Shown: piece by piece, positions 24,780 through 32,387 of the stretch
Position numbering within the stretch: position 1 is the stretch's first letter
How the letters are laid out: every line of letters starts with the position of its first letter
IMG/VR virus record: IMGVR_UViG_3300037692_000466
Span: 1-32,387 of that record
From: a virus
Lineage: Duplodnaviria; Caudoviricetes
Reading direction: 5' to 3' (one strand)
DNA: 32,387 bases
The notes under the pieces: generated by a model
Database searches by the model: none
Told to the model about the DNA's origin: nothing
What the model saw: the letters and a program-made list of their open reading frames with translations, nothing else
Translations under genes and position numbers: made by a program

Positions 24780-25087
24780 ATTTTTGTGCCATTGGTCTGA
24801 CTGGTTTGACTGGTCTGACTAGTCGGACCAGTAGGGATGGTGAGACAAGTAAGACGGTATTCATACCTACCAGCCCCCTTGCACTGCGTCTCGATGCGCA
24901 GACCGTTTTCCCGCAACTCAGCAATGATGGTATTCACCGCGCACACCTCGCAGGCGTGGATGATCTCCCAGGTGCCGTGCCAGTTGCCATCCTGCAGCAG
25001 GCGGCAGACGCGGCCCAGGCGATCGCTGCTTTTGAGGTTCGCCGCCCGAATATGTCCCAATGTCTGGTTTTTCATGCGTTTCTCCAT
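24776..25087 (-). CDS. Small HTH-like protein with a repeat-encoded C-terminal tail
   Basis: RL.RV..LL.DG.WH.T.EI....VCAVNTII.ELR.NG..I; ends TSQTSQTSQT. Confidence 0.65.
   Translation of the reverse strand: MEKRMKNQTLGHIRAANLKSSDRLGRVCRLLQDGNWHGTWEIIHACEVCAVNTIIAELRENGLRIETQCKGAGRYEYRLTCLTIPTGPTSQTSQTSQTNGTKI
24793..24856. repeat. 9-bp tandem repeat (TGGTCTGAC family) forming a CDS tail
   Basis: tggtctgac tggtttgac tggtctgac tagtcggac ... Confidence 0.75.
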
Positions 25088-25254
25088 TTACAGTTGCGAG
25101 GGCACCAGGCGCCACGGGCCGACCTGCACCACTCCATGGTTGGTCCGGACGGCTGGCCGCTGGTGGCGTAGGCCGGGCAGCCGGTGAGGCGTACTTCCTT
25201 GGCTGCGGCTGCTGCTTGATCTTCCGCGCGTTTTGCTTCAAGGTAGGTTTTCAT
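25072..25254 (-). CDS. Hypothetical protein
   Basis: MKTYLEAK start coupled (TAATG) to the upstream stop; Cys-containing. Confidence 0.45.
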   Translation of the reverse strand: MKTYLEAKRAEDQAAAAAKEVRLTGCPAYATSGQPSGPTMEWCRSARGAWCPRNCKWRNA

Positions 25255-25505
25255 TAGCAATTGGCCTCTAACTGCTTCAGCTCTTTCGAAATCCTATTTT
25301 TTAGAGATTTCAATGATGCAAATTTGGCAGGTTGGCATAGGCAAGATCCATGCTCACGGTAAGTGCATTCCTCACTGCCATCAGGAGGCATTATGTGGCA
25401 AAGTGCAAACCGGCACATTTCCACACCAACACAATCGAAGCTGATCGTGAATTCTCCCTCGTATATATTTGCACATATGTTCGCTGTTTTAGACGCTCTT
25501 GCCAT
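25254..25505 (-). CDS. Hypothetical Cys-rich protein, lower GC
   Basis: Start MARASK at 25505 after RBS AGAGGA; first gene downstream of the hammerhead. Confidence 0.55.
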   Translation of the reverse strand: MARASKTANICANIYEGEFTISFDCVGVEMCRFALCHIMPPDGSEECTYREHGSCLCQPAKFASLKSLKNRISKELKQLEANC

Positions 25506-25525
25506 GGTATTCCTCTGTTGTTTTA

Positions 25526-25560
25526 AATCCGCACTCCGCAATCAAAAATCCGCAATCAAA
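25526..25560. repeat. 7-bp AATCCGC array abutting the hammerhead
   Basis: aatccgc actccgc aatcaaa aatccgc aatcaaa. Confidence 0.75.
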
Positions 25561-25561
25561 A

Positions 25562-25641
25562 TGGCTGCTCATCAGACCCAGGCAGCCACGCCTGGATGAC
25601 CGGACCATTTTGCCGACATGGGCAAAATGGTCCGGTTTCGC
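25562..25641 (-). ncRNA. Type II hammerhead ribozyme
   Basis: GC-GAAA-C[14-bp hairpin]G-UC^-AUCCAGG-CGUGGCUG-CCUGGGU-CUGAUGA-GC-AGCCA; the core is intact and the 3' AGCCA pairs with loop I UGGCU. Confidence 0.9.
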
Positions 25642-25656
25642 GGTTAGTTTGTTTTT

Positions 25657-25809
25657 TTAATCTACCGGGACAAAATCGTTCGGATCCACAATGGCAAATT
25701 GATCAACCCCGCAGCCCTGGCAGGTAAAGCCGACCTCCAGACTGCCCTCGTTCGGCTCGATTGTGACATTTAAGTAATCGTTGTCTGTCTGACATAATGG
25801 GCATTCCAT
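25657..25809 (-). CDS. 50-aa zinc-ribbon-like protein (below the ORF-track cutoff)
   Basis: MECPLCQTDNDYLNVTIEPNEGSLEVGFTCQGCGVDQFAIVDPNDFVPVD*; RBS AGGAGG; TGATG coupling. Confidence 0.7.
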   Translation of the reverse strand: MECPLCQTDNDYLNVTIEPNEGSLEVGFTCQGCGVDQFAIVDPNDFVPVD

Positions 25810-26177
25810 CACTGCACCTCCTGACCAGCAACCGTCAACCCAGACAGCAGCTCACCATTAAAACACCCGCTGTTGCAGGATCGTTTCACCAGCCAGCCGC
25901 TGCCGCATTTTTCCTCATCCGAGCCATTGCCGCCGCGATTGCACTCCGAGCAATCGACATAGAGTCGCCCCTGGTCGTCACGCATGCTGTAAATTGCCTC
26001 TTTCTTCGGTTTTTCGTGAAATCTACTCGGTGACCAGTCACACCCCTCATCTGCCGCGATATGGCCGAACATGCGATAACACCTTTGAAAATGGTAGCAA
26101 TCTCCACATGTTTTTCCGGCCGGCAAGTCCATATTGGCATCGGCTCCGCCTCTTCTTTTTATTGGCTCTCTCATCAC
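25809..26177 (-). CDS. Hypothetical Cys-rich protein
   Basis: M.LP.GKTCGDC.HF.RC...FG......CDW.PSRF plus a second Cys cluster. Confidence 0.65.
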   Translation of the reverse strand: MMREPIKRRGGADANMDLPAGKTCGDCYHFQRCYRMFGHIAADEGCDWSPSRFHEKPKKEAIYSMRDDQGRLYVDCSECNRGGNGSDEEKCGSGWLVKRSCNSGCFNGELLSGLTVAGQEVQ

Positions 26178-26185
26178 TGCCCCCT

Positions 26186-26797
26186 TTACACAGCCGCCAT
26201 ATTCAGCTGGATATGGTAATATTTGCCGGTTTCGTCATCCCGCTCATATACCCGGACATAGGGCGTCGAGCCGGCCACATCGAGCGAGTCGGCGATGATG
26301 TCCATGGCCCGACGCCATTTTTCACCCTCGAAATCAAAGCGGCGCAGACTCAAAACCTTATTGGTGCTGATGTTTCCTAGCTTGTCCACCTGAAAGAAGT
26401 CATTGATCAGGGTTTGGATCTCCGATCTGGCTCCTTCGCTTAACTCCATGGCGTATTCGTCCAGCATGGCCTTTGCCACCTGAATCCGCTCATCAAACAC
26501 AAGGAAATCGCTGATCTGCCGCTGCACCATGTACCGCTTGTCAAATGAGTACATGCGCAGATTGCCCTTGCGGCCGCCCATGGAAACCTCGTATTTCTCC
26601 GCAGAAAGTTCAACGAAAGCAGCAATATCACCCATGGTGCCGATCTTGAACTCTTTAATCTGCAAGGACAAACCTTTCGCCTTACCGACAATTTCCTTGA
26701 CCAGATCATCACGGGCCAGGTCGACCTCTTTTATATTCTCAACCCGGACCAACCGGCCCTGGCCGTCTTCCATAAATCCTTCCGGGATCTGTTTCAT
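26186..26797 (-). CDS. DUF3164-family Mu-like early protein
   Basis: GFMED.QGRLV...IK.VD..RD.LV, GG.KGN..MYSFD and W.RAMD.I.DSL......YVR.YER. Confidence 0.88.
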   Translation of the reverse strand: MKQIPEGFMEDGQGRLVRVENIKEVDLARDDLVKEIVGKAKGLSLQIKEFKIGTMGDIAAFVELSAEKYEVSMGGRKGNLRMYSFDKRYMVQRQISDFLVFDERIQVAKAMLDEYAMELSEGARSEIQTLINDFFQVDKLGNISTNKVLSLRRFDFEGEKWRRAMDIIADSLDVAGSTPYVRVYERDDETGKYYHIQLNMAAV

Positions 26798-26973
26798 TGC
26801 CTCCCCCCTGTCTTTTCCAGCACCGCCAGGATAACCGCCTCCGGCGATGCCTGGTATTTGCCGTGGTAAACCATACTGATGGTCGAGGCGGACAGCCCGG
26901 TTATCCGGGCCGCCTCGGCCTGGCCGATCTGATCAACAATCGACCGGAACTCCTCAAGCTGATTTTCTGACAT
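26794..26973 (-). CDS. 59-aa Cro/XRE-like HTH protein (below the ORF-track cutoff)
   Basis: MSENQLEEFRSIVDQIGQAEAARITGLSASTISMVYHGKYQASPEAVILAVLEKTGGRQ*; RBS GGAGG; ATGA overlap with DUF3164. Confidence 0.78.
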   Translation of the reverse strand: MSENQLEEFRSIVDQIGQAEAARITGLSASTISMVYHGKYQASPEAVILAVLEKTGGRQ

Positions 26974-27337
26974 CTGCCACCTCCGCCCCGGACTGATCCG
27001 CCCGGATAAAACCCTGCCGGGCCGCCAGCAGCTGGTCCAGCCGCCCCGCGACGATCTCCGCCATGTTGCGGATTTTCAGCAGCTCATTGTCATCGGTCAG
27101 ATCGGTGAGCGCCGTGGATAAAGCGGTCACCGGGTCCAGCCCGGCGCAGCCACGATCCTCCCGCCGCTTCAGGCTGCCGGCCAGGTTGGCAATACTGCGC
27201 AGCCTGACGCAGATCGCCTCCCTGCTGCCATGGTCCGCCATATCCGGATGATGGGTGACGATCATCTGCAGATCGCGCACCGCATCATCGATTTGCCCAG
27301 CCGTATCCTCTATTTCCAGCAATCGTTCGCTCTTCAT
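26954..27337 (-). CDS. Hypothetical helical protein
   Basis: RBS AGGAG; in-operon position. Confidence 0.6.
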   Translation of the reverse strand: MKSERLLEIEDTAGQIDDAVRDLQMIVTHHPDMADHGSREAICVRLRSIANLAGSLKRREDRGCAGLDPVTALSTALTDLTDDNELLKIRNMAEIVAGRLDQLLAARQGFIRADQSGAEVADVRKSA

Positions 27338-27377
27338 GTCTATCTCCTGTTTTTTACGTTTAATCGTTTGTAGGCTT

Positions 27378-27908
27378 TTAAAGATCCTTCAACACCTTGA
27401 TCGCCCGGCCCAGCGCCGCGCTCATGTCGTCCAGGGCGATGGCGATCTGCGCCTTCTTGGCCGCCCGCAACTGCCGCAGCCGCTCCGCCTTCTCATCGTT
27501 TTCCGGCACAACCATGTTGGCGACCAGCTCATAACGGGCGTTCTGCAGCGGCACGACCACGCCGCGGCGCACCAGCATATGCAGCCACTCCATGGCGTAT
27601 GATTCCGTTGCCCCGAGTTCCCGCAGATCATCAACGGTGACGACCTTTTTTATCTTGAGGTAATTGCGCATCTGGTCCTTCAGCGGCAAACCATTCCGCT
27701 GCTTGCCGAGATAAATATACACCCCGGTGCTGATCCGCCTGGCCTCGCCCGCCTTGATAAAGTCGCGCAGGGCGTTGAGCATGCGCTTTTCATCTTTTCT
27801 GGTCTGCAGACCGGCATGCGCGGACAACGCCTTGGTGGTAAAGCTGTTGCCATCGGCGCAAAGCGACTTGGCCGCCTGCCTGATTTTTCCGGCAAAAGTC
27901 TCTTTCAT
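27378..27908 (-). CDS. Hypothetical protein (possibly tandem winged helix)
   Basis: Follows the MuB-like gene; LRDF...GE.RRI..GVY.Y pattern. Confidence 0.65.
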   Translation of the reverse strand: MKETFAGKIRQAAKSLCADGNSFTTKALSAHAGLQTRKDEKRMLNALRDFIKAGEARRISTGVYIYLGKQRNGLPLKDQMRNYLKIKKVVTVDDLRELGATESYAMEWLHMLVRRGVVVPLQNARYELVANMVVPENDEKAERLRQLRAAKKAQIAIALDDMSAALGRAIKVLKDL

Positions 27909-27912
27909 CGCC

Positions 27913-28629
27913 TTACCCCTTGAGCCCTTTCTTGACGGCTATCCTGGCCATCTTCACGTCGATCTTGTCTGTGCCGACGGCGTTGGCGTACTGCACCAGC
28001 TTGACGATATCCCGTTTCACCAGCCGGAAATCGCCACTGCTGGCCTCCAGAAAGACCGCGGCAACATCCGGGGAAAGAGCCAGCCCTGTAGCCTCCTTGA
28101 CGTAAATCATGATGTCTGTGGCGTCGATGGGGATGAATTCCATGAACTGGAAGGTGCGGGACCAGACCCGGCGGTTGCGCTGCATCATCGGGATCAGTTC
28201 TTCCTCGCCGATCAGCACCACATGGGCGCGGGCCACCTTGGTCAGATCACGGGCCACCTCGACGCCCCACTGCGGCATCATGTCCATCTCATCAATGAGC
28301 AGCGGTTTCTTGAGCCGTTCCAGCTCTGCCGCGGCGGCAAGAAAGGCATCCCCCTTGCGGCCGAAGGTGCTTTTCAGCTCCAGCGCCCGGCAGATGCCTT
28401 TCAGGAATTCCAGCTCGGAATTGACATAGATGCGCAGGATCTGTAGGTAAACGCAGCCGTTTTTAGCGGCATAGACGGTGGCTGTTTTACTCTTGCCAAG
28501 ACCTGCCCGGCCGGAAACGGCGGCGAGACAGCCATCGCCGGCCAGCAGGTCAAGGCCGTCCATCAGCACATTGAAGTTGCGCACATTCTTTGTGTTGACA
28601 AAGGATGGCTGAATCTGTATTTCTTTCAT
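27913..28629 (-). CDS. MuB-like transposition AAA+ ATPase
   Basis: Walker A GRAGLGKS, Walker B LLIDEMD, VVLIGEE.L and SR arginine finger; start MKEIQI at 28629 after GAGGTG. Confidence 0.92.
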   Translation of the reverse strand: MKEIQIQPSFVNTKNVRNFNVLMDGLDLLAGDGCLAAVSGRAGLGKSKTATVYAAKNGCVYLQILRIYVNSELEFLKGICRALELKSTFGRKGDAFLAAAAELERLKKPLLIDEMDMMPQWGVEVARDLTKVARAHVVLIGEEELIPMMQRNRRVWSRTFQFMEFIPIDATDIMIYVKEATGLALSPDVAAVFLEASSGDFRLVKRDIVKLVQYANAVGTDKIDVKMARIAVKKGLKG

Positions 28630-28657
28630 AAGCACCTCGTAGTTTATGTTGTTTGGC

Positions 28658-28696
28658 AAAAAGGGGCGGGAGTGGGTCCCGCCCCGCTTTTTTTTT
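28658..28696. terminator. Bidirectional terminator-like hairpin between the transposase and ATPase genes
   Basis: A5-GGGGCGGGA-GTGGG-TCCCGCCCC-GC-T9. Confidence 0.6.
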
Positions 28697-28700
28697 ACAC

Positions 28701-30944
28701 TTAAACGCTGACACGCTTGGCCGTTTCAGCCTCCACCTGCCAGACGAAGGCCATCTTGGCCCGGTATTCACTCCAATAATCAAGCTGTTTTTCATACCCT
28801 GGCGTCTGCTCGAAATAATCCATCCATGTCTGCCATTTGCGAGGGATCAGCTGGCCCTTGATGGACAACTCCACCAATTTTTCATAGCGCTGTTCGTTGT
28901 CCAGGCGTTCGATCTCTTCCCACAGCATGGCGGCGGCGGAAACAACCGTCGGCACATACTCATCCTCTGCATTCTGGTTTTTCCGCGCCTTCAGCTTGTC
29001 GTTCTCCTGCATCCGCTGCTCGTATTCCGACTCGATCCGGCGGACATCAGCCCTGCTCAGCTCTACTACTTTTTGGGGTGGTTGTTTTTTTGGTTCCATG
29101 CCATTGGCCTGCATGATGCCCTGGCTTTCCAGCTGCCGCAGATAATCAGGCATCACCTCGTTTTTCAGCATCTCGCGGGCCGGGCCTATGGTCTGCGCGG
29201 TGAGGGACCGTTTCAATTCGATTTGTTCCCGCAGTTGCTCCTGATCATCATCCGTGCCGAGCTTGGCCATGGGATGGACCCCTGGACGCGGGGAGGCCTC
29301 GCACAGGAAAGATCCATCAGCTTCGTAGACCAGCACCGAGGACCGATCAATGAGATCAAATTTAACCCTCACCTGGTCCCGCCTTCCGTAGAGGGCGGGG
29401 TGGTAGTAATATTCATTGAGCAGCCTGATGCCGTCCTGGCCGATCCGCTTACAGGATTCTTCCATCATCAGTTCCCGCAGTTCGGCACGATCTACACCAG
29501 GACCGCGGCCAGCCATGAACACATCACCCGGTTTCTGCCCGGCCAGATGGCTGTCAGGCCCTTGTTCCCGGTTGGCGTATTTGTCGAAAAAGGCGGCGAT
29601 CAACTGGTGGGCCTGCTCCATGGTGATGACAAGACCGCCCATGGCCTTTTCCCACAACGCCACATGCAGTTTCTCGCCCCTGTTCATGCGCGGCGGCTTG
29701 GCATCGATATTGTTGCCCACATAGGTTGGCATCCATGTTTCCTCCTCGTTAAGCACCCCGAAAAAGCGCTCGACCGTTTTTGATTGGCCGTGATATGCCC
29801 AGGCAAAGGTGGTCTCTATTCCCAGGCGGGCATAGAGCCCGGTAAGTCCGGCCTCATCAAAATCAGGGGAATTGGTAAAGAACTTTGCCTTGAACGCCCT
29901 GCCGTTGTCGAGATAGGCGCATTTCGGAACTTTCCCCAGGGTGATGATGGCTCGGCGCAAAGCGGAACTGATCGCCGAGGTATTCTCCGTGGGCATGATC
30001 TCCCAGCCCAGCGGCATGGATGATTTCATGTCGTAGAACAGGATCAGCGTCATGCGCTTCTGTTTGCCGGTCCACGGGTTAAGGATCTCGAAATTCAAAA
30101 CATGCCCATCCGCCACCACCACGTCGCCCACCGCGATCTTGGAGTAATCGCGTTTGAGGTTATAGGCCACCTTGTCATTGAGTCCCTTTTCTCCTTCCCG
30201 GGCAAAGACCCAGGTGTCGTAGTGCCTGGCCTTGTATTCCTCCAGGTAACGTCTGTAGGTGGCCGGTGAGTGATGGTTTATGCCGCGTTTATCCATGATC
30301 AGCTGCGCCAGCTGCAGCACGTAGCTTATTCTCGGCCGGTTAGGATTCAGCGCCAGCCGCTCCAGGATCAATGCCTGTTCGGAAAGCAGCGATCGTTTGC
30401 CCCGCTTGTGGGTGCCGCGCCGATCCGCCAGGGAAAAGGCGTCTTTGGTGGCATCCAGCGTCTTCTTCCAGCGCTCGATAGTCTGCAGGCTCACTTCCCC
30501 AACAATAGAGTGGAGATACGGCCATTCCTTGAGATTGTAAAGGGTAAGAAATCCTTCTTTTGCCTGATCCTTGCGCCCCCAAGGCGCCTTTGCCACCTGG
30601 CCGACATAGAGACTGACCAGATCGGCCCTGGCCAAAGCGGTTTTCTTCTGGTCTTCGGTGAGATTGTCCGCTGGAGCTGATCGCTTCTTCCTGCCGGCAG
30701 AAGCGATCAGGTCAAAATGGTCCGCCTTGGTTTTAGCGGCAATGGCTTCTTTCAGGTAATCCGGCAGAAGATGGGCCAGATATGCCCGTCTGGCCGGCCC
30801 CTGGCATTTCTCATAAGCGTGGGGCCAATCCTCTTTTTTCCCTCTGGTTATGATATTCTGCACCGTATTCGGCAGACACGGCAAATCTATCTCCAGCAAC
30901 TCCTTGGCCGTATATGTCGCCTTTAATCCATTGTCCGGCTGCAT
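28701..30944 (-). CDS. MuA-like DDE transposase
   Basis: N-terminal Mu-type HTH (YTAKEL...LP); DDE triad VADGH / YLDNG.AF / KTVERFF; Mu transposase C-terminal domain. Confidence 0.95.
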   Translation of the reverse strand: MQPDNGLKATYTAKELLEIDLPCLPNTVQNIITRGKKEDWPHAYEKCQGPARRAYLAHLLPDYLKEAIAAKTKADHFDLIASAGRKKRSAPADNLTEDQKKTALARADLVSLYVGQVAKAPWGRKDQAKEGFLTLYNLKEWPYLHSIVGEVSLQTIERWKKTLDATKDAFSLADRRGTHKRGKRSLLSEQALILERLALNPNRPRISYVLQLAQLIMDKRGINHHSPATYRRYLEEYKARHYDTWVFAREGEKGLNDKVAYNLKRDYSKIAVGDVVVADGHVLNFEILNPWTGKQKRMTLILFYDMKSSMPLGWEIMPTENTSAISSALRRAIITLGKVPKCAYLDNGRAFKAKFFTNSPDFDEAGLTGLYARLGIETTFAWAYHGQSKTVERFFGVLNEEETWMPTYVGNNIDAKPPRMNRGEKLHVALWEKAMGGLVITMEQAHQLIAAFFDKYANREQGPDSHLAGQKPGDVFMAGRGPGVDRAELRELMMEESCKRIGQDGIRLLNEYYYHPALYGRRDQVRVKFDLIDRSSVLVYEADGSFLCEASPRPGVHPMAKLGTDDDQEQLREQIELKRSLTAQTIGPAREMLKNEVMPDYLRQLESQGIMQANGMEPKKQPPQKVVELSRADVRRIESEYEQRMQENDKLKARKNQNAEDEYVPTVVSAAAMLWEEIERLDNEQRYEKLVELSIKGQLIPRKWQTWMDYFEQTPGYEKQLDYWSEYRAKMAFVWQVEAETAKRVSV

Positions 30945-30945
30945 A

Positions 30946-31839
30946 TCACGCCCTCAGATTCTTCTGGTCCAGCATCAATTCGGCAAACTCCTCTTCCATC
31001 TCCTTGACCGTGTCGTAAGGGCCGGAGTATTTCGGCCATCCGCCACCGCCTCTGACCTTGATATTCATACTGCTCTTGTCCATCCTGAAGAGCTGGTATC
31101 CTGCCTTTTCCAGTTTTATGGCGTCCTGGGAGTTGCCGTCCCATGCTCTTTCTTCAGGATCAGCCACCATGGACCGGATCTGATCGATGTGGCTCAGGAT
31201 GACGCCCCTTGCTGTGCCTCTGTATCCCGCCTCGATCTCCTTGCCGAGTTGGGCGAAGAATACATCAAAAGCCGCCTTAAAATCAGCGCTGACGGCCGGC
31301 GCCGACTGGACCTTCTCCCGGGCCACCCTGATCGTTGTCTGTGCCGTTTCTCCCAAGTATTTTTTCACCACGCCGTTGACCAGGCTTGCCGTCACTTTGC
31401 GCCGCGGCCCGGCATTTTTTACCACCGCCTGCCATACTTCCCGCTGCTGATCCGGCTGCAATCTCACCAGCGGGCGGACCTGAGATTCGCTCATGGGAAT
31501 CAAATCAATGACAGGAGTGTCTTCATTTTGTCTCCAAACTGGAGACAAACGTCCCCAATTTGGGGACGTTTGCGAAATATTTTCCACCACCTTGGCTGCG
31601 TCCATCAGCCGGTATGAGTGGCTTTTTCCGAAATCAAATACCTTCTTACAGTACCCCTCAAATGTTGCGCTTTCCTCCCGGTACAACTCCCGCTCCCTGA
31701 TCTCAAGCAGCGCCATACCCACCCGGTAAAAGGCTCCCAGATCCTCGTAAATAACCTTCTGCAGCCTGGCGAACTCTCTCCTTTCCATATCAGATAATTC
31801 TTTGACTGACCGCTCTTTGGCAATTATCCCTTTCCGCAT
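30946..31839 (-). CDS. Hypothetical DNA-binding-type early protein upstream of the transposase
   Basis: FYRVG.ALLEIR..ELYR....TFE.YC...F......YRL..AA and P.SE.QVRPL motifs; function unassigned. Confidence 0.75.
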   Translation of the reverse strand: MRKGIIAKERSVKELSDMERREFARLQKVIYEDLGAFYRVGMALLEIRERELYREESATFEGYCKKVFDFGKSHSYRLMDAAKVVENISQTSPNWGRLSPVWRQNEDTPVIDLIPMSESQVRPLVRLQPDQQREVWQAVVKNAGPRRKVTASLVNGVVKKYLGETAQTTIRVAREKVQSAPAVSADFKAAFDVFFAQLGKEIEAGYRGTARGVILSHIDQIRSMVADPEERAWDGNSQDAIKLEKAGYQLFRMDKSSMNIKVRGGGGWPKYSGPYDTVKEMEEEFAELMLDQKNLRA

Positions 31840-31919
31840 TTCTAGCCCCTTTTGAAAACTTCATCCTTGTGCTACCATGGAAAGCGCCAACCAACCATTT
31901 CACTCAAGGAGGAAGATTT

Positions 31920-32312
31920 ATGCCGGTATCTACAGATTTTGTTGAAAATCATCTTTCAGGTTGCCCGTTTACCAATTTCGGCCCGTGCAAAACCCATAAA
32001 TGCTATTTTTTTGTTGCTGTACCGCCCCGTCTTGACCCTGATGAACGAGCCTGTATTATTTCGGCTCTGTATGCGCAGACGTTATCGTCAAAGGTTCTTC
32101 TACAGCTAGCGGTTCTACCGTCAGTTCTATCGCGAGAAAATGAAATACAGACAGCCGTTCCCTTGAGAATCTCACAAACAATTGCCGATTCTCTGGCGTC
32201 GCTGGAAGGTCTCCTGTCTCACCCAAAGACTTCGTCAGTTTTGAAAAATCAGATAAAAGAGCTGAAATCCGAGATTCACGCGGCCCTAGAAACATTTGCC
32301 GCGTCAAAATAG
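31920..32312 (+). CDS. Counter-oriented accessory (moron) protein with an N-terminal Cys cluster
   Basis: AAGGAGG RBS and TGcTACCAT extended -10; CPF....C....C...C; lower GC. Confidence 0.7.
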   Translation: MPVSTDFVENHLSGCPFTNFGPCKTHKCYFFVAVPPRLDPDERACIISALYAQTLSSKVLLQLAVLPSVLSRENEIQTAVPLRISQTIADSLASLEGLLSHPKTSSVLKNQIKELKSEIHAALETFAASK

Positions 32313-32387
32313 TTTCCGGATTGTTTTCTTTCTGCTCACAAACCAACCCTTCAACAACCTTCGCCGCTCCGTTGGCACGGAGCGGCG

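Larger units (their letters stand above)
1..32387 (-). mobile_element. Mu-like transposable prophage (internal part; siphovirus-type tail); both ends lie outside the window
   Basis: Co-oriented MuA/MuB, GemA, Mor, Mu gp26-gp30-like packaging genes, protease I, gp36/gpG/gp37-like neck genes and tail genes in Mu gene order. Confidence 0.96.

Noticed and set aside
1-32387. Diversity-generating retroelement, invertible tail segment, or prophage ends
   Set aside because: No reverse transcriptase, Avd, invertase, TR/VR pair or host junction is visible in this window
32304-32387. Possible 3' end of a minus-strand gene (…KGWFVSRKKTIRKLF*)
   Set aside because: Only 27 codons are visible and they overlap a hairpin; not supportable without flanking sequence

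Overview
The window is the interior of a transposable (Mu-like) prophage, almost entirely encoded on the minus strand. Reading right to left: early region (hypothetical, MuA-like DDE transposase, MuB-like AAA ATPase, DUF3164, small Cys-rich proteins, GemA, Mor/C activator); a c4-antisense-controlled Rha gene; lysis cassette; Mu gp25-gp28-like packaging genes; portal; MuF; protease/scaffold; decoration protein; lambda-E-type capsid; neck genes; tail tube; G/GT chaperones; tape measure; and a lambda-type M-L-K-I-J tail tip (J is cut by the window edge). Neither prophage end nor the repressor is in the window. The non-coding layer is unusually rich. It has a complete type II hammerhead ribozyme (25562-25641), a c4 antisense RNA with both target pairs, a Mor/C-type late promoter and a GGGAAAC -1 frameshift site. 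It also carries several families of 7/8/9-bp tandem repeats and GTAG-type REP palindromes at gene junctions and inside genes. My best candidate for an undescribed system is a MuF protein with a C-terminal PBECR2-like nuclease domain and no immunity ORF. It is faced by a near-consensus convergent sigma70 promoter that would make a roughly 70-nt pseudoknotted RNA, a possible RNA antitoxin. Family assignments come from motif recognition and synteny, not from database searches.
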